In this document: positions 21,097 to 30,499 of the stretch, piece after piece
Numbering within the stretch: the stretch's first letter is position 1
Layout: the number at the start of each line of letters is the position of its first letter
Source of the DNA: an uncultured Thermotogaceae bacterium
GTDB taxonomy: Bacteria > Thermotogota > Thermotogae > Petrotogales > Petrotogaceae
Direction of reading: 5' to 3'
Length of the DNA: 64,000 bases
Assembly: GCA_964603015.1 (NCBI GenBank)
Contig: CAZRTN010000001.1
Location: forward strand, 16,864 to 80,863
Made by a program: the position numbers and the translations under genes
Notes under the pieces: generated by a model
What the model was told of the DNA's origin: nothing
Database searches by the model: none
Seen by the model: the letters and a program-made list of their open reading frames with translations, nothing else

Positions 21097-21220
21097 AATT
21101 GCTTATAGTGGCAGTTTATTCTTGAATAATACACAATGTTTTTTATAAATAGAATTAATTATAAAAAAGTTATATAATAAAATTAATTAAGAATTTCTAA
21201 ATTTAGAAGGGGTGTTGCTT

Positions 21221-22123
21221 ATGGAAAACGTAATTGAAATAAAAAACCTCAAAAAATATTATAAAGGTGTAAAAGCTGTTGATGGAGTTAGTTTAACAGT
21301 TGAAAAAGGCAAAATAATTGCCATTTTAGGTCCTAATGGAGCAGGTAAAACCACTACTGTAGAAACTTTGGAAGGCTTAAGAGAAGCTACTTCAGGTGAG
21401 ATATATTATTTTGGTGAAAAGGTAAATAAAATATCTTATGAAATAAAAGAAAAAATTGGGGTACAGTTACAGAGTAATTCTTTTTTTGAGAATTTAAATG
21501 TGAAAGAAATAATAAAAGCTTTTGGAGGGTTATATGAAAAATCAATTCCTGTAGCAACTCTTTTAGAAAGATTTAAATTAAAAGAAAAAAAGAACTCTAA
21601 AATAAAAAACTTATCTGGAGGTCAATTACAAAGAGTAGCTCTTGCTGTATCTGTTGTAAATGATCCTGACATTGTTTTCTTAGACGAACCTACTACAGGC
21701 TTAGATCCACAAGCCAGAAGAAATCTATGGGAGGAAATAGAAAAGTTAAAAAAGGACGGTAAAACAATAATATTAACAACTCATTATATGGAAGAGGCAG
21801 AAAAATTGGCAGATAAAATTTATATTTTTGATATGGGTAAAGTTATAGCAGAAGGTACAATGAAATCATTAATAGATTCAATAAATATGTCATCAGTCAT
21901 AGAATTTGAAACTGATTCAGAAGACCATATTAAAAATGAATTTCCAAATTTAAATGCTTTTGATCAAAAATATGAAATTGAAACAGATAATGTAGAAAAA
22001 GATTTGATAAAACTTATGGAAATTTCTAAAGAAAAAGATTTTTTGATTAATAATATTTTTATAAGAAAACCTAACCTGGAAGATGTTTTTTTACATTTAA
22101 CAGGTAGAAGTTTAAGGGAATGA
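21221..22123 (+). CDS. ABC-2 exporter ATP-binding protein
   Basis: GPNGAGKT, LSGGQ, FLDEPTTGLD, TTHYMEEA. Confidence 0.93.
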   Translation: MENVIEIKNLKKYYKGVKAVDGVSLTVEKGKIIAILGPNGAGKTTTVETLEGLREATSGEIYYFGEKVNKISYEIKEKIGVQLQSNSFFENLNVKEIIKAFGGLYEKSIPVATLLERFKLKEKKNSKIKNLSGGQLQRVALAVSVVNDPDIVFLDEPTTGLDPQARRNLWEEIEKLKKDGKTIILTTHYMEEAEKLADKIYIFDMGKVIAEGTMKSLIDSINMSSVIEFETDSEDHIKNEFPNLNAFDQKYEIETDNVEKDLIKLMEISKEKDFLINNIFIRKPNLEDVFLHLTGRSLRE

Positions 22124-22129
22124 TAGATT

Positions 22130-23266
22130 ATGAAGAGAATAATTAATTTAACTAAAACTTATACAAAAGCATTATTTAGAGAGCCTGAAGCTGTTTTTTT
22201 TACTTTATTATTTCCTGCTGCAATGCTAATATTTTTTATAACCATTTTTGGTGGTTTGTATAATGGAGAAAATGAAATACAGGTAAGAGTAGGAGTAGTT
22301 TACGAAGAAGAATTAACAGGCTTTTCAGAAAAAATATTTAATAATGTATTTGAAGGATTTAAAGAAAATATGAAAGATTCAGACATAGAATACTTGGAAA
22401 AAAATACTGATATAAATCAATTGATTAAAGAAGAAAAATATGATCTTATAATAAAATTTCCTGAAAATATAAATAATTTGAATTTAAAAATGATGACAGG
22501 GTTAGGAAATATAGATAACATTAAATTTTATCATTCTCCAAAATCACAATCTATATTATCAAGGGACATAATGGAATCAATATTTCAACAAATCAATTTA
22601 ATGATTAACTCTAAAGGAGAGCAAATTAAACTAAACGCGAATCATCAAACTATCAATTCTGAAAATTCAAATTTTGACTATAAACAATTTATTTTTCCTG
22701 GGATATTAATCATGGCAATATTTACAGCTTCGATATTTAATCTTCCAATATCTTATGTAGCAGATATAGAAACAAAGATCATTAAGAGAATGAAATCAAC
22801 ACCTGTTAGAGGATATCAATATTTTATAGCTTTGCTTATTTCTAATTTAATATTGCTTTTATTAGCGTTAATAATAATTTATTCTGTCGGATATTACAGT
22901 AATATAGAAAATATTTTTAAAATAGATTTTATCTTATTGATAATTTATTATTTGATTTGCGGGATTTCTTTCGGGCTTTTAATAGCTTCATTTTTTAAAA
23001 AAATAGCTTCAGTATCTGTTTTTGCAAATATTTTATATTTTTCAACTATATTTTTAAGTGGTTTGTATTTTCCAGTTAAAGATGTTCCGTGGATTATTAG
23101 ATGGTTCGTATATTTAAACCCAGGAACCTATATGGTTGATGGATTGAGAAATGTTTTAAATAATAACGACTTAAGTTTGAATCAATTTTTGGTTCCTACA
23201 ATATGGATGATAATGGGGTTAATTCTTTTTAGTGTTAGTTATAGGAGGCTATTAAAAGATGAATAA
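22130..23266 (+). CDS. ABC-2 exporter permease
   Basis: N-terminal TM, extracytoplasmic loop, multiple C-terminal TMs, LSGLYFP motif. Confidence 0.88.
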   Translation: MKRIINLTKTYTKALFREPEAVFFTLLFPAAMLIFFITIFGGLYNGENEIQVRVGVVYEEELTGFSEKIFNNVFEGFKENMKDSDIEYLEKNTDINQLIKEEKYDLIIKFPENINNLNLKMMTGLGNIDNIKFYHSPKSQSILSRDIMESIFQQINLMINSKGEQIKLNANHQTINSENSNFDYKQFIFPGILIMAIFTASIFNLPISYVADIETKIIKRMKSTPVRGYQYFIALLISNLILLLLALIIIYSVGYYSNIENIFKIDFILLIIYYLICGISFGLLIASFFKKIASVSVFANILYFSTIFLSGLYFPVKDVPWIIRWFVYLNPGTYMVDGLRNVLNNNDLSLNQFLVPTIWMIMGLILFSVSYRRLLKDE

Positions 23267-24317
23267 AAATTTTAATTTGTTAAAAACATTTATAAAAGAA
23301 ACTTTTAGCAATAAAGTAGATGTATTTTTTACAATAGCCTTTCCTTTATTATTTTTGTTTATCTTTGGTATGGTTTTTTTTGGTAATACATCTGTAGAAG
23401 TAGATAATACATTAGAGATAGGGATCTATAATTTAAAATCAAAAGAATTAGATGGTTATTTTAATAATACAAATTTTATTGAAAGCGCTGATATTGAAGA
23501 TTTGAAAAGTAAACTTAAAAATCAAGATTTAGATGCAATTATTGTAGAAAATGAAGGATATCAAATTTTTTTAAGGGAAGGTGGAATGAATCCCCAAGAA
23601 CAAAACTTTATAAAGACAACAATTGATAATGGATTGAAGTATAAACAGATAGGTAGAAGAGAAGAATACTTAAACATAGAATACATGTCAGTTAGTTTAG
23701 GGGAGACTGACTCAGGAGAAATGGAATATCTATTAACAGGTATATTATCTATTTCAATTTTATCTGGAGGGATGTTTTCGGTAATTGGCATCTTTGGAAG
23801 ATACAAGAAAAACGGTGTTATTAAAAAAATAATGTCCGCGCCTATAAGTCCTTCTGCATTTGTTTTGAATGCAAGTATAAGTAAATTAATATTAAATATT
23901 TTTTCAATTATAATTTTGATATTTGCAGCTAAACTTATGTATGATCTTAACTATAGATTTGAATGGCTTGAATTTTCAATGATCATACTAACTACATCTC
24001 TAGGAATGATGGGTTTTGGGGTTATACTATTGATAATATTTAAAAAAATGGAAACAGCATCAACAGCAGCTTCTTTATTGTTTGCAATAATGACCTTTTT
24101 TTCTGGTATTTATTTTCCTTTAACGCTCATCCCAGAAGGAATTAGGTGGGTTTCGTATTTGATGCCAGTGACTTATGTAGTAAAGCTTATAAGACATGCA
24201 GCAAATGTAGAAACTATTAGCAATTTTGAATTTATTTCAACCAATATAGTTTTTTTAATAATGGGAGTTACATTTTTGATTATAGCATCTAATAAATATG
24301 TTAAACAAGAGATATAA
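23259..24317 (+). CDS. ABC-2 exporter permease (second paralogue)
   Basis: Same topology, FSGIYFP motif, overlaps the previous gene. Confidence 0.88.
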   Translation: MNKNFNLLKTFIKETFSNKVDVFFTIAFPLLFLFIFGMVFFGNTSVEVDNTLEIGIYNLKSKELDGYFNNTNFIESADIEDLKSKLKNQDLDAIIVENEGYQIFLREGGMNPQEQNFIKTTIDNGLKYKQIGRREEYLNIEYMSVSLGETDSGEMEYLLTGILSISILSGGMFSVIGIFGRYKKNGVIKKIMSAPISPSAFVLNASISKLILNIFSIIILIFAAKLMYDLNYRFEWLEFSMIILTTSLGMMGFGVILLIIFKKMETASTAASLLFAIMTFFSGIYFPLTLIPEGIRWVSYLMPVTYVVKLIRHAANVETISNFEFISTNIVFLIMGVTFLIIASNKYVKQEI

Positions 24318-24343
24318 ATGGGGTCCGCCCCTTTATATCTCTT
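24307..24343. terminator. Shared hairpin between the convergent permease and dnaE genes
   Basis: AAGAGATATAAA-T-GGGG-TCCG-CCCC-TTTATATCTCTT. Confidence 0.65.
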
Positions 24344-26738
24344 TTATTATTTTTTTTGGTTTTTTATAATAGAATTTATTTTTTATAATGGCAGAATTGT
24401 CAAAAAGGTAATTACTATAAGCATACCCAGTAAAATAAATATTATCATAGTAATTAAAATATTTATTTATTAATGAATTAGATAATTTTTCATTATTCAT
24501 AATACTTAAAGGATATTTTATTGATTCAAATTCATATTCTATTATCATTTCATCAGATATTTTTACTTCTTTATGGTCTTCTGATCTTTCTCCAAAAACA
24601 CTGCTTTTTAAATCTTCAATCTGAGGAATTTGTCCTTTTTTGTATTCAGTCATTTTTCTTAAAAGGCTTCTTCTGTTACTATCTAATTTATCCAAAGATC
24701 CAGATTTAATTGTTTGCTCAATCAAATTTCGACTAAAATTATTATTATAAGAAAAATAAAAAAAATCATCAATAGATTTTATAGAATTATTTTCAATTAG
24801 TTTAATATGTTTATTAGATATACCGTTTATAAAAGTCATAGGAAGTACTATGGAGTTTTTCTGATAATGTCCTCTAGGTATATATATATCAGGATGATTT
24901 ATTGATATATTTAATAATTTACATTCATTAATTACATCAAGATCTAAACCTTTGTGTAGGATATAATTGAAAAAGAACTTTTCTGGATTTTTAAATTTTT
25001 CCTCTAGTAACCATTTCAATATATAAGAATATGCTACTGAATGTGATTTATTAAAAGAATATTGCGAGAAATTTTCTATTTTTTCAAATAGATTTTGAGC
25101 TTTGACTTTTCCAATTTTTGCTGTAGCATTTTGTATAAATTTTGATTTTAACTTTTCAATATCCTGTATTCTCTTTTTAGATAGTGCTCTTCTCAATATG
25201 TCTGATTCTTCAAAATTAAGCTCACCTAACTCTTTTGCTAAAAACATTATTTGTTCTTGATAAACTATTATACCTTTAGTTTCTGGCAATAATTTTTTAA
25301 GATAACCTTCAGAATGAGAAGTTATGTAATCATCAACCATTCCGCTATCTAAAGGCCCTGGTCTGTTTAGGGCTATAGAAATTGAAAGTTCATCAAATGA
25401 TTTTGGTTTTATTTTTTGAACAATTTTTTTCCCAGAGTAAGAGTCAAGCTGGAAGATTCCTTTTGTGAGACCTTTAGAAAATTTTTTTAAAATTATTTCA
25501 TCAATATGTTTTTCATAATTTTCTTTAAAATCTAATTTTTTTAGAAAACTTAAGGTATCCAAAGACAAAATATCAAATTTTTCTATACCTAATTCAGTTA
25601 AATCTTCCATGGGCCACTCAATTATTGGTATACTTTTATTTTCTAAAGGTAATATATTATTCAAATCTTTATCTGAAATTATGACTCCAGCAGCGTGAGT
25701 GCTTTCAGCTTGATCAACACCTTCTAAAAAGTAAGCCAGTTTATAAAAAGTGTTATCTTCTTTTGAGGCATTTTTAAATAAAATAAAATTTTCTTTATCT
25801 CTAATAGGAGATTTTATCTTTATTTTTGGTTTAAAACCCAATAACTCTTCTGCTTTCTTTATAGATGATTTATATTTCATCTTTGATAATGTTCTTATAA
25901 AAGCAACTCTATTTTCCCCATAATATTTTTGTAAAAGATTTATTAGTTCATTTCTTCTATCAGATTCTATATCAAGATCAATATCTGGAAGTTGTTTTCT
26001 GTTTACATTTAAGAACCTTTCAAAATATAGATTGAAATCTAAAGGATTTATTTTAGTTATATCTAATTTGTTAGTTATTAAAGAACCTACAGCAGAACCT
26101 CTACCAGGTCCTGTTATAATATTGTGTTTCTTAGAAATATCAACAATTTTTTTAACGTTTAATATATAATTAGAAACATTCATTTTCTCTATAACTTTTA
26201 GTTCTCTGTCTATTCTTATTTTTTCATCAAGGTTGATTTCTTTTTTTTCTATAAATTTCTTAATAGTATTTAAACCGCCTAACTTAGGAAAAGAAAACAT
26301 AAACATTTCTAAATCATATTCAGGTTTTATATTTTCAAAATATATCAATTTTTTATGCACTTCTTTTGAATCTGAAAGTGCATAACCTTCTTTTTTTATA
26401 ATATTTTTAAAGATGGGATGAGGATAAATAAAATTTAAAATACTCATATTTAATTTTTTAAGATTCAATTTAGTATCATTGTTATATGCTTTTATAGCTT
26501 TAATCATGTCGTTAGTATTATTTATCAAAAATGATGTATTATCATTTTTATAAAGAATAATAGGGGTTATATTATTCTTTTTGCACAGCAAAATGAACCT
26601 CATCCAAGATTTTGGATGAGGTTCATTTAATATAATTTTATCAAAATTATTCTTTTTAGCATAGGTTATGACATCATTTATTTGTAAAAATGATTCACCA
26701 ATTGTTCTGGAAGTAATAACAGGTCCTAAAATTTTCAT
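24333..26738 (-). CDS. dnaE: DNA polymerase III alpha subunit (short DnaE)
   Basis: GPGRGSA, FERFLN, PDIDLD, HAAGV, KFDILSL, FNKSHS. Confidence 0.9.
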   Translation of the reverse strand: MKILGPVITSRTIGESFLQINDVITYAKKNNFDKIILNEPHPKSWMRFILLCKKNNITPIILYKNDNTSFLINNTNDMIKAIKAYNNDTKLNLKKLNMSILNFIYPHPIFKNIIKKEGYALSDSKEVHKKLIYFENIKPEYDLEMFMFSFPKLGGLNTIKKFIEKKEINLDEKIRIDRELKVIEKMNVSNYILNVKKIVDISKKHNIITGPGRGSAVGSLITNKLDITKINPLDFNLYFERFLNVNRKQLPDIDLDIESDRRNELINLLQKYYGENRVAFIRTLSKMKYKSSIKKAEELLGFKPKIKIKSPIRDKENFILFKNASKEDNTFYKLAYFLEGVDQAESTHAAGVIISDKDLNNILPLENKSIPIIEWPMEDLTELGIEKFDILSLDTLSFLKKLDFKENYEKHIDEIILKKFSKGLTKGIFQLDSYSGKKIVQKIKPKSFDELSISIALNRPGPLDSGMVDDYITSHSEGYLKKLLPETKGIIVYQEQIMFLAKELGELNFEESDILRRALSKKRIQDIEKLKSKFIQNATAKIGKVKAQNLFEKIENFSQYSFNKSHSVAYSYILKWLLEEKFKNPEKFFFNYILHKGLDLDVINECKLLNISINHPDIYIPRGHYQKNSIVLPMTFINGISNKHIKLIENNSIKSIDDFFYFSYNNNFSRNLIEQTIKSGSLDKLDSNRRSLLRKMTEYKKGQIPQIEDLKSSVFGERSEDHKEVKISDEMIIEYEFESIKYPLSIMNNEKLSNSLINKYFNYYDNIYFTGYAYSNYLFDNSAIIKNKFYYKKPKKIIKEI

Positions 26739-26747
26739 ATAAAAACC

Positions 26748-27671
26748 TCATTTGTTTAAATTCTTAATAACTGATTTAAAGTCCTTTTTTAATGGAGCGA
26801 TTAAAGTCATTCTCTTATTCGTTATCGGATGAAAAAAACTAATTTTAGCTGCATGAAGCATTTGTCTATTAGCACCTTTTTCTCCAACAGTTTTTGAATT
26901 ATAAACATTATCTCCTATAATAGGACTTTTTAGGTATTTTAAATGAACTCTAATTTGATGTGTCCTTCCTGTCAATATTTTTAACCAAATTAAATTATAA
27001 TCATTTTTAAAGGTTTTGAGAACTTTATACTTTGTAATGGATTCTTTGCCCCCACCCAATACTGTCATTTTATGTCTTTGATTTGGGTTTCGACCTAATG
27101 GCTTGTTTATTAAACCTTTTTTATTTCTAATTTTACCTTTTGTTATTGCTAAATAATATTTATCTATCACTCTATCTTTGAATTGTTGAGATAATATTTT
27201 TTTTATTTCAGGAGATTTTGCAATCAATAAAATACCTGAAGTATCTTTATCGAGTCTATGAACAATTCCAGGCCTAGTCTCATCTTCAAATTCATCAGTG
27301 AAATTATAATTATACATCAAGCTATTAACAATGGTTCCTTTTGTAGTTTTCCCTGCAGGATGAACAATCATATCGTAATCTTTATTTATGGCTAAAATAT
27401 AATCATCTTCATAAATAATATCTAACTTAATTTTTTCTGGAATAATTTTATTTTCAATTTTTTCTATTTTATCATGTTCGATTGATACAACATCTTTATT
27501 TCTTAATTTATAATTTTGTTTTTTGATATTGTCATTAACTAATATTTTACCATTTTTTATGGATTCTTGTATATGTGCTCTTGAAAATTTATTAGGAGTT
27601 ATCTCAGAACAAAATTTATCCAATCTTTTATTAATATCTGCATCGTTAGTAACGATAAATTCTTCTTTCAT
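26748..27671 (-). CDS. RluA/RluD-family pseudouridine synthase
   Basis: S4-like N-terminus RLDK, HRLDKDTSG, TGRTHQIRVH. Confidence 0.93.
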   Translation of the reverse strand: MKEEFIVTNDADINKRLDKFCSEITPNKFSRAHIQESIKNGKILVNDNIKKQNYKLRNKDVVSIEHDKIEKIENKIIPEKIKLDIIYEDDYILAINKDYDMIVHPAGKTTKGTIVNSLMYNYNFTDEFEDETRPGIVHRLDKDTSGILLIAKSPEIKKILSQQFKDRVIDKYYLAITKGKIRNKKGLINKPLGRNPNQRHKMTVLGGGKESITKYKVLKTFKNDYNLIWLKILTGRTHQIRVHLKYLKSPIIGDNVYNSKTVGEKGANRQMLHAAKISFFHPITNKRMTLIAPLKKDFKSVIKNLNK

Positions 27672-28098
27672 TTTTATTACTCCTTAAAAAATATATAGCT
27701 AATAATATTCCTCCTATAGTAACAAAAGAGTCTGCAACATTGAATATTGAAAAATAAGGGACATAAAAAATATCTACAACATATCCAACCCTCAATCTAT
27801 CAAAAATATTCCCTAATGCTCCAGAAATAATAAAAATCATTCCAAATTCTAGCAATATAGATTTTATTTTTTTTGTATAATGTTCTCTTATAAAAAATAA
27901 CACACTAACTATAATAGAAGAAATAATTCCAAGTAGAAAAGAATTATTTTGGAACATGCCAAAAGCCATACCCGTATTTTCAGTATAGGTTAACTTAAAA
28001 AACCATATATCGATTGAGGAATTTACAAGGTATTTTTCACCAATTATTTTAGTAATTTGATCAAATAAAATAATTATAGGAATCAAAAAACTCATCAT
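27646..28098 (-). CDS. lspA: Lipoprotein signal peptidase
   Basis: DQITK, NTGMAFG, GALGNIFDR, FNVAD. Confidence 0.95.
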   Translation of the reverse strand: MMSFLIPIIILFDQITKIIGEKYLVNSSIDIWFFKLTYTENTGMAFGMFQNNSFLLGIISSIIVSVLFFIREHYTKKIKSILLEFGMIFIISGALGNIFDRLRVGYVVDIFYVPYFSIFNVADSFVTIGGILLAIYFLRSNKNERRIYRY

Positions 28099-28910
28099 TA
28101 ACCTTCTTTTTGATAGAAGAAAGGTGCAACAGTTTTCAAACCTATTTCTCTATAGTTGAAAATTCTCTCAGTAGATCCTACAAACAAAATCCCTCCAGGT
28201 TTTAGGGCTTCAGAAAATTTTTTATAAAGTTTTTCTTTGGCAGGATTATCAAAATAAATAACTACATTTCTACATATTATTAAATCATGATCTTTATCAA
28301 ATTTATCAGTCAATAAATTAAGTTGTTTGAATCTTACATTTGATTTCACAACAGGTTTTACCTTAAATCTATTATCTTCAGTTTTTTCAAAATATCTTGT
28401 TCTAAAGTTTGGAGAAAGATTAATCATAGACCTTTCTTCATAGACTCCGTTTTGAGCTTTTTTCAAAACAAATTTATCTAAATCTGCAGCTATTATATCA
28501 GCTTTATTAGATTTGCCCATTTCTTCTAAAACCATTGATAAAGTGTAAGGTTCTTCTCCAGTGGAACAACCTGCAGACCATAATTTTATTCTATTTGATC
28601 TTGAAAAAAGATCTGGTAAAATACTTTTTTGTAAGTATTCCCATTTTTCAGGATTCCTAAAAAATTCAGTAACATTAATAGTTAATTTATCTAGAAATTC
28701 ATCCCACAATAAATCATCATCTTTTAATTTGTTGAAATAATCAGGGTAAGTTTTAAAAGAATGTTTCCTCATAAGCATATCTATTCTTCTTCTTACTCTA
28801 TGTTGTTTATAACCTGTTAAATCCATTTCAAACCTTTTTATTAAGTTCTTTAAAAAATCTTCATAGTCTTTATCATCATAAGGTGATGAATAAATTATTC
28901 TATCAGACAC
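28098..28910 (-). CDS. cheR: Chemotaxis protein-glutamate methyltransferase CheR
   Basis: TINVTEFFRN, WSAGCSTGEEPY, CRNVVIYF, GSTE. Confidence 0.95.
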   Translation of the reverse strand: MSDRIIYSSPYDDKDYEDFLKNLIKRFEMDLTGYKQHRVRRRIDMLMRKHSFKTYPDYFNKLKDDDLLWDEFLDKLTINVTEFFRNPEKWEYLQKSILPDLFSRSNRIKLWSAGCSTGEEPYTLSMVLEEMGKSNKADIIAADLDKFVLKKAQNGVYEERSMINLSPNFRTRYFEKTEDNRFKVKPVVKSNVRFKQLNLLTDKFDKDHDLIICRNVVIYFDNPAKEKLYKKFSEALKPGGILFVGSTERIFNYREIGLKTVAPFFYQKEG

Positions 28911-28925
28911 CTTTGCACCTCCAAG

Positions 28926-29672
28926 TTATATTTTTATTCTAAAAGTAATACCGGGCCCAAAAGAAGAATAAACAAGAAAAATATTTTCTTTTATTGGTAT
29001 TCTAAAATAAAATGAATCCTTATTTTTTTCAAAAAATATTGAATCTACATATAAATCTTCTTTTTCATCATCGTACTTTAAAACATATTCATCAGATCTT
29101 ATATATATTTTATCAAATAAAGGTAATAAATTTAAATATAAATTTTTATAATTCATAAAAATTCTTTTTTCATTACCTATCTGCATACTAATCCATGAAT
29201 CATTAAGTTTAATTCCAAGTGAAAAATAGGATTCAATAAAATTATCTATTTTAAAAGTAAATGAAGAAATGAGATTTTCATTTTGAAAATATATTCCAGT
29301 GTATAAATTTCTAAGAGTTAAATATATATATTCGTCTATTGTTATTGTAAAGCCATTTGAATTTTTTAGAGTAAACATTTCGTCTTTTATATATTTGGGT
29401 TTTTGATAAGAAATATTAAAACCAGGTTGATCGAATTCAAAATAGTTTATAATTTCATCTATATTTGAAGTTGTTATTGTGGAATCATCTAATAAAAAAT
29501 TATATTTAATGGAAGTTTCATAAATGTCTTCTATAGAAAAATCAAAAACAAATTTATTTTTTATATTTTCAGTATAATCTTGAATTAAATATTGATTTGA
29601 AAAAACACTACCAAAGAAAATTATGATTAAGAAAAAAACTAAAAAATATTTTTTAATTATAATCACTCCCAT
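28926..29672 (-). CDS. Hypothetical exported beta-rich protein (real start possibly ATT at 29657)
   Basis: KK plus hydrophobic signal-peptide-like N-terminus, embedded in the cluster, no recognisable family. Confidence 0.65.
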   Translation of the reverse strand: MGVIIIKKYFLVFFLIIIFFGSVFSNQYLIQDYTENIKNKFVFDFSIEDIYETSIKYNFLLDDSTITTSNIDEIINYFEFDQPGFNISYQKPKYIKDEMFTLKNSNGFTITIDEYIYLTLRNLYTGIYFQNENLISSFTFKIDNFIESYFSLGIKLNDSWISMQIGNEKRIFMNYKNLYLNLLPLFDKIYIRSDEYVLKYDDEKEDLYVDSIFFEKNKDSFYFRIPIKENIFLVYSSFGPGITFRIKI

Positions 29673-29676
29673 ATAA

Positions 29677-29712
29677 AAAATTAAAATGGGGCATAAACCC
29701 CATTTTAATTTT
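29677..29712. terminator. Bidirectional-type terminator hairpin downstream of yebC
   Basis: AAAATTAAAATGGGG-CATAAA-CCCCATTTTAATTTT. Confidence 0.75.
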
Positions 29713-29732
29713 ATCAGATAAACTATTATTTT

Positions 29733-30488
29733 TTAAAGTGATTCAGAAATTCTTTCAAATTCGGCATCATCAATGTCGTAGTTTCCATAAACATCTTGAA
29801 TATCATCGTTTTCATCTAATGCATTTAATAATTTGATTAATTTTTCTGCATCATTTCCTGAAATAGAAACAGTATTCTTTGGAATGTAAGTTAATTCTTC
29901 ATCAGCTGAATATCCAGCTTCTTTTAAAGTATCTCTTACTTGAGCCATTAAATCTGGATCTGTAGTGATTTCAACAGGATCACTGTTTTCATCAATATCT
30001 TCTGCTCCAGCTTCAATTGCTTCCATCATGAATTCTTCAAAATCTTCAACTTCTTCTTTTGGAACTTTAATTAAGGCTTTTCTTTCAAAGTTCCATGAAA
30101 CAGCTCCATTTTCAGCTAATGAACCACCATTTTTTGAAAGAAGATGTCTAACTTCTTGAGCTGATCTATTTTTGTTGTCAGTAACAACAGAAATAATCAA
30201 TGCAATTCCAGCAGGTCCGTATCCTTCATAAAGAATTTCATGTAATTCTTCACCTTCTAATTCTCCGGTACCTTTTTTTATTGCAGTTTCAATTTTATCT
30301 TTTGGCATGTTTTCTTTTTTAGCTTTATCCATAGCAGCCCTTAATCTTGGGTTCGAATCTGGGTCTCCACCTGCATCTCTTGCTGCTATAGTTAGTTCTC
30401 TGATAATTTTTGTAAAGATCTTCGATCTTTTGGCGTCTTGAGCACCTTTTCTGTGTTTAATGTTGGCCCACTTATTATGCCCTGACAT
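29733..30488 (-). CDS. yebC: YebC/PmpR family protein
   Basis: MSGHNKWANIKHRK, NPRLR, YEGYGP, TDNKNR. Confidence 0.95.
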   Translation of the reverse strand: MSGHNKWANIKHRKGAQDAKRSKIFTKIIRELTIAARDAGGDPDSNPRLRAAMDKAKKENMPKDKIETAIKKGTGELEGEELHEILYEGYGPAGIALIISVVTDNKNRSAQEVRHLLSKNGGSLAENGAVSWNFERKALIKVPKEEVEDFEEFMMEAIEAGAEDIDENSDPVEITTDPDLMAQVRDTLKEAGYSADEELTYIPKNTVSISGNDAEKLIKLLNALDENDDIQDVYGNYDIDDAEFERISESL

Positions 30489-30499
30489 TTATATCCCTC

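Noticed and set aside
28098..28910. cheR far from other chemotaxis genes
   Set aside because: A detached cheR is normal for Firmicute/Thermotoga-type chemotaxis systems.
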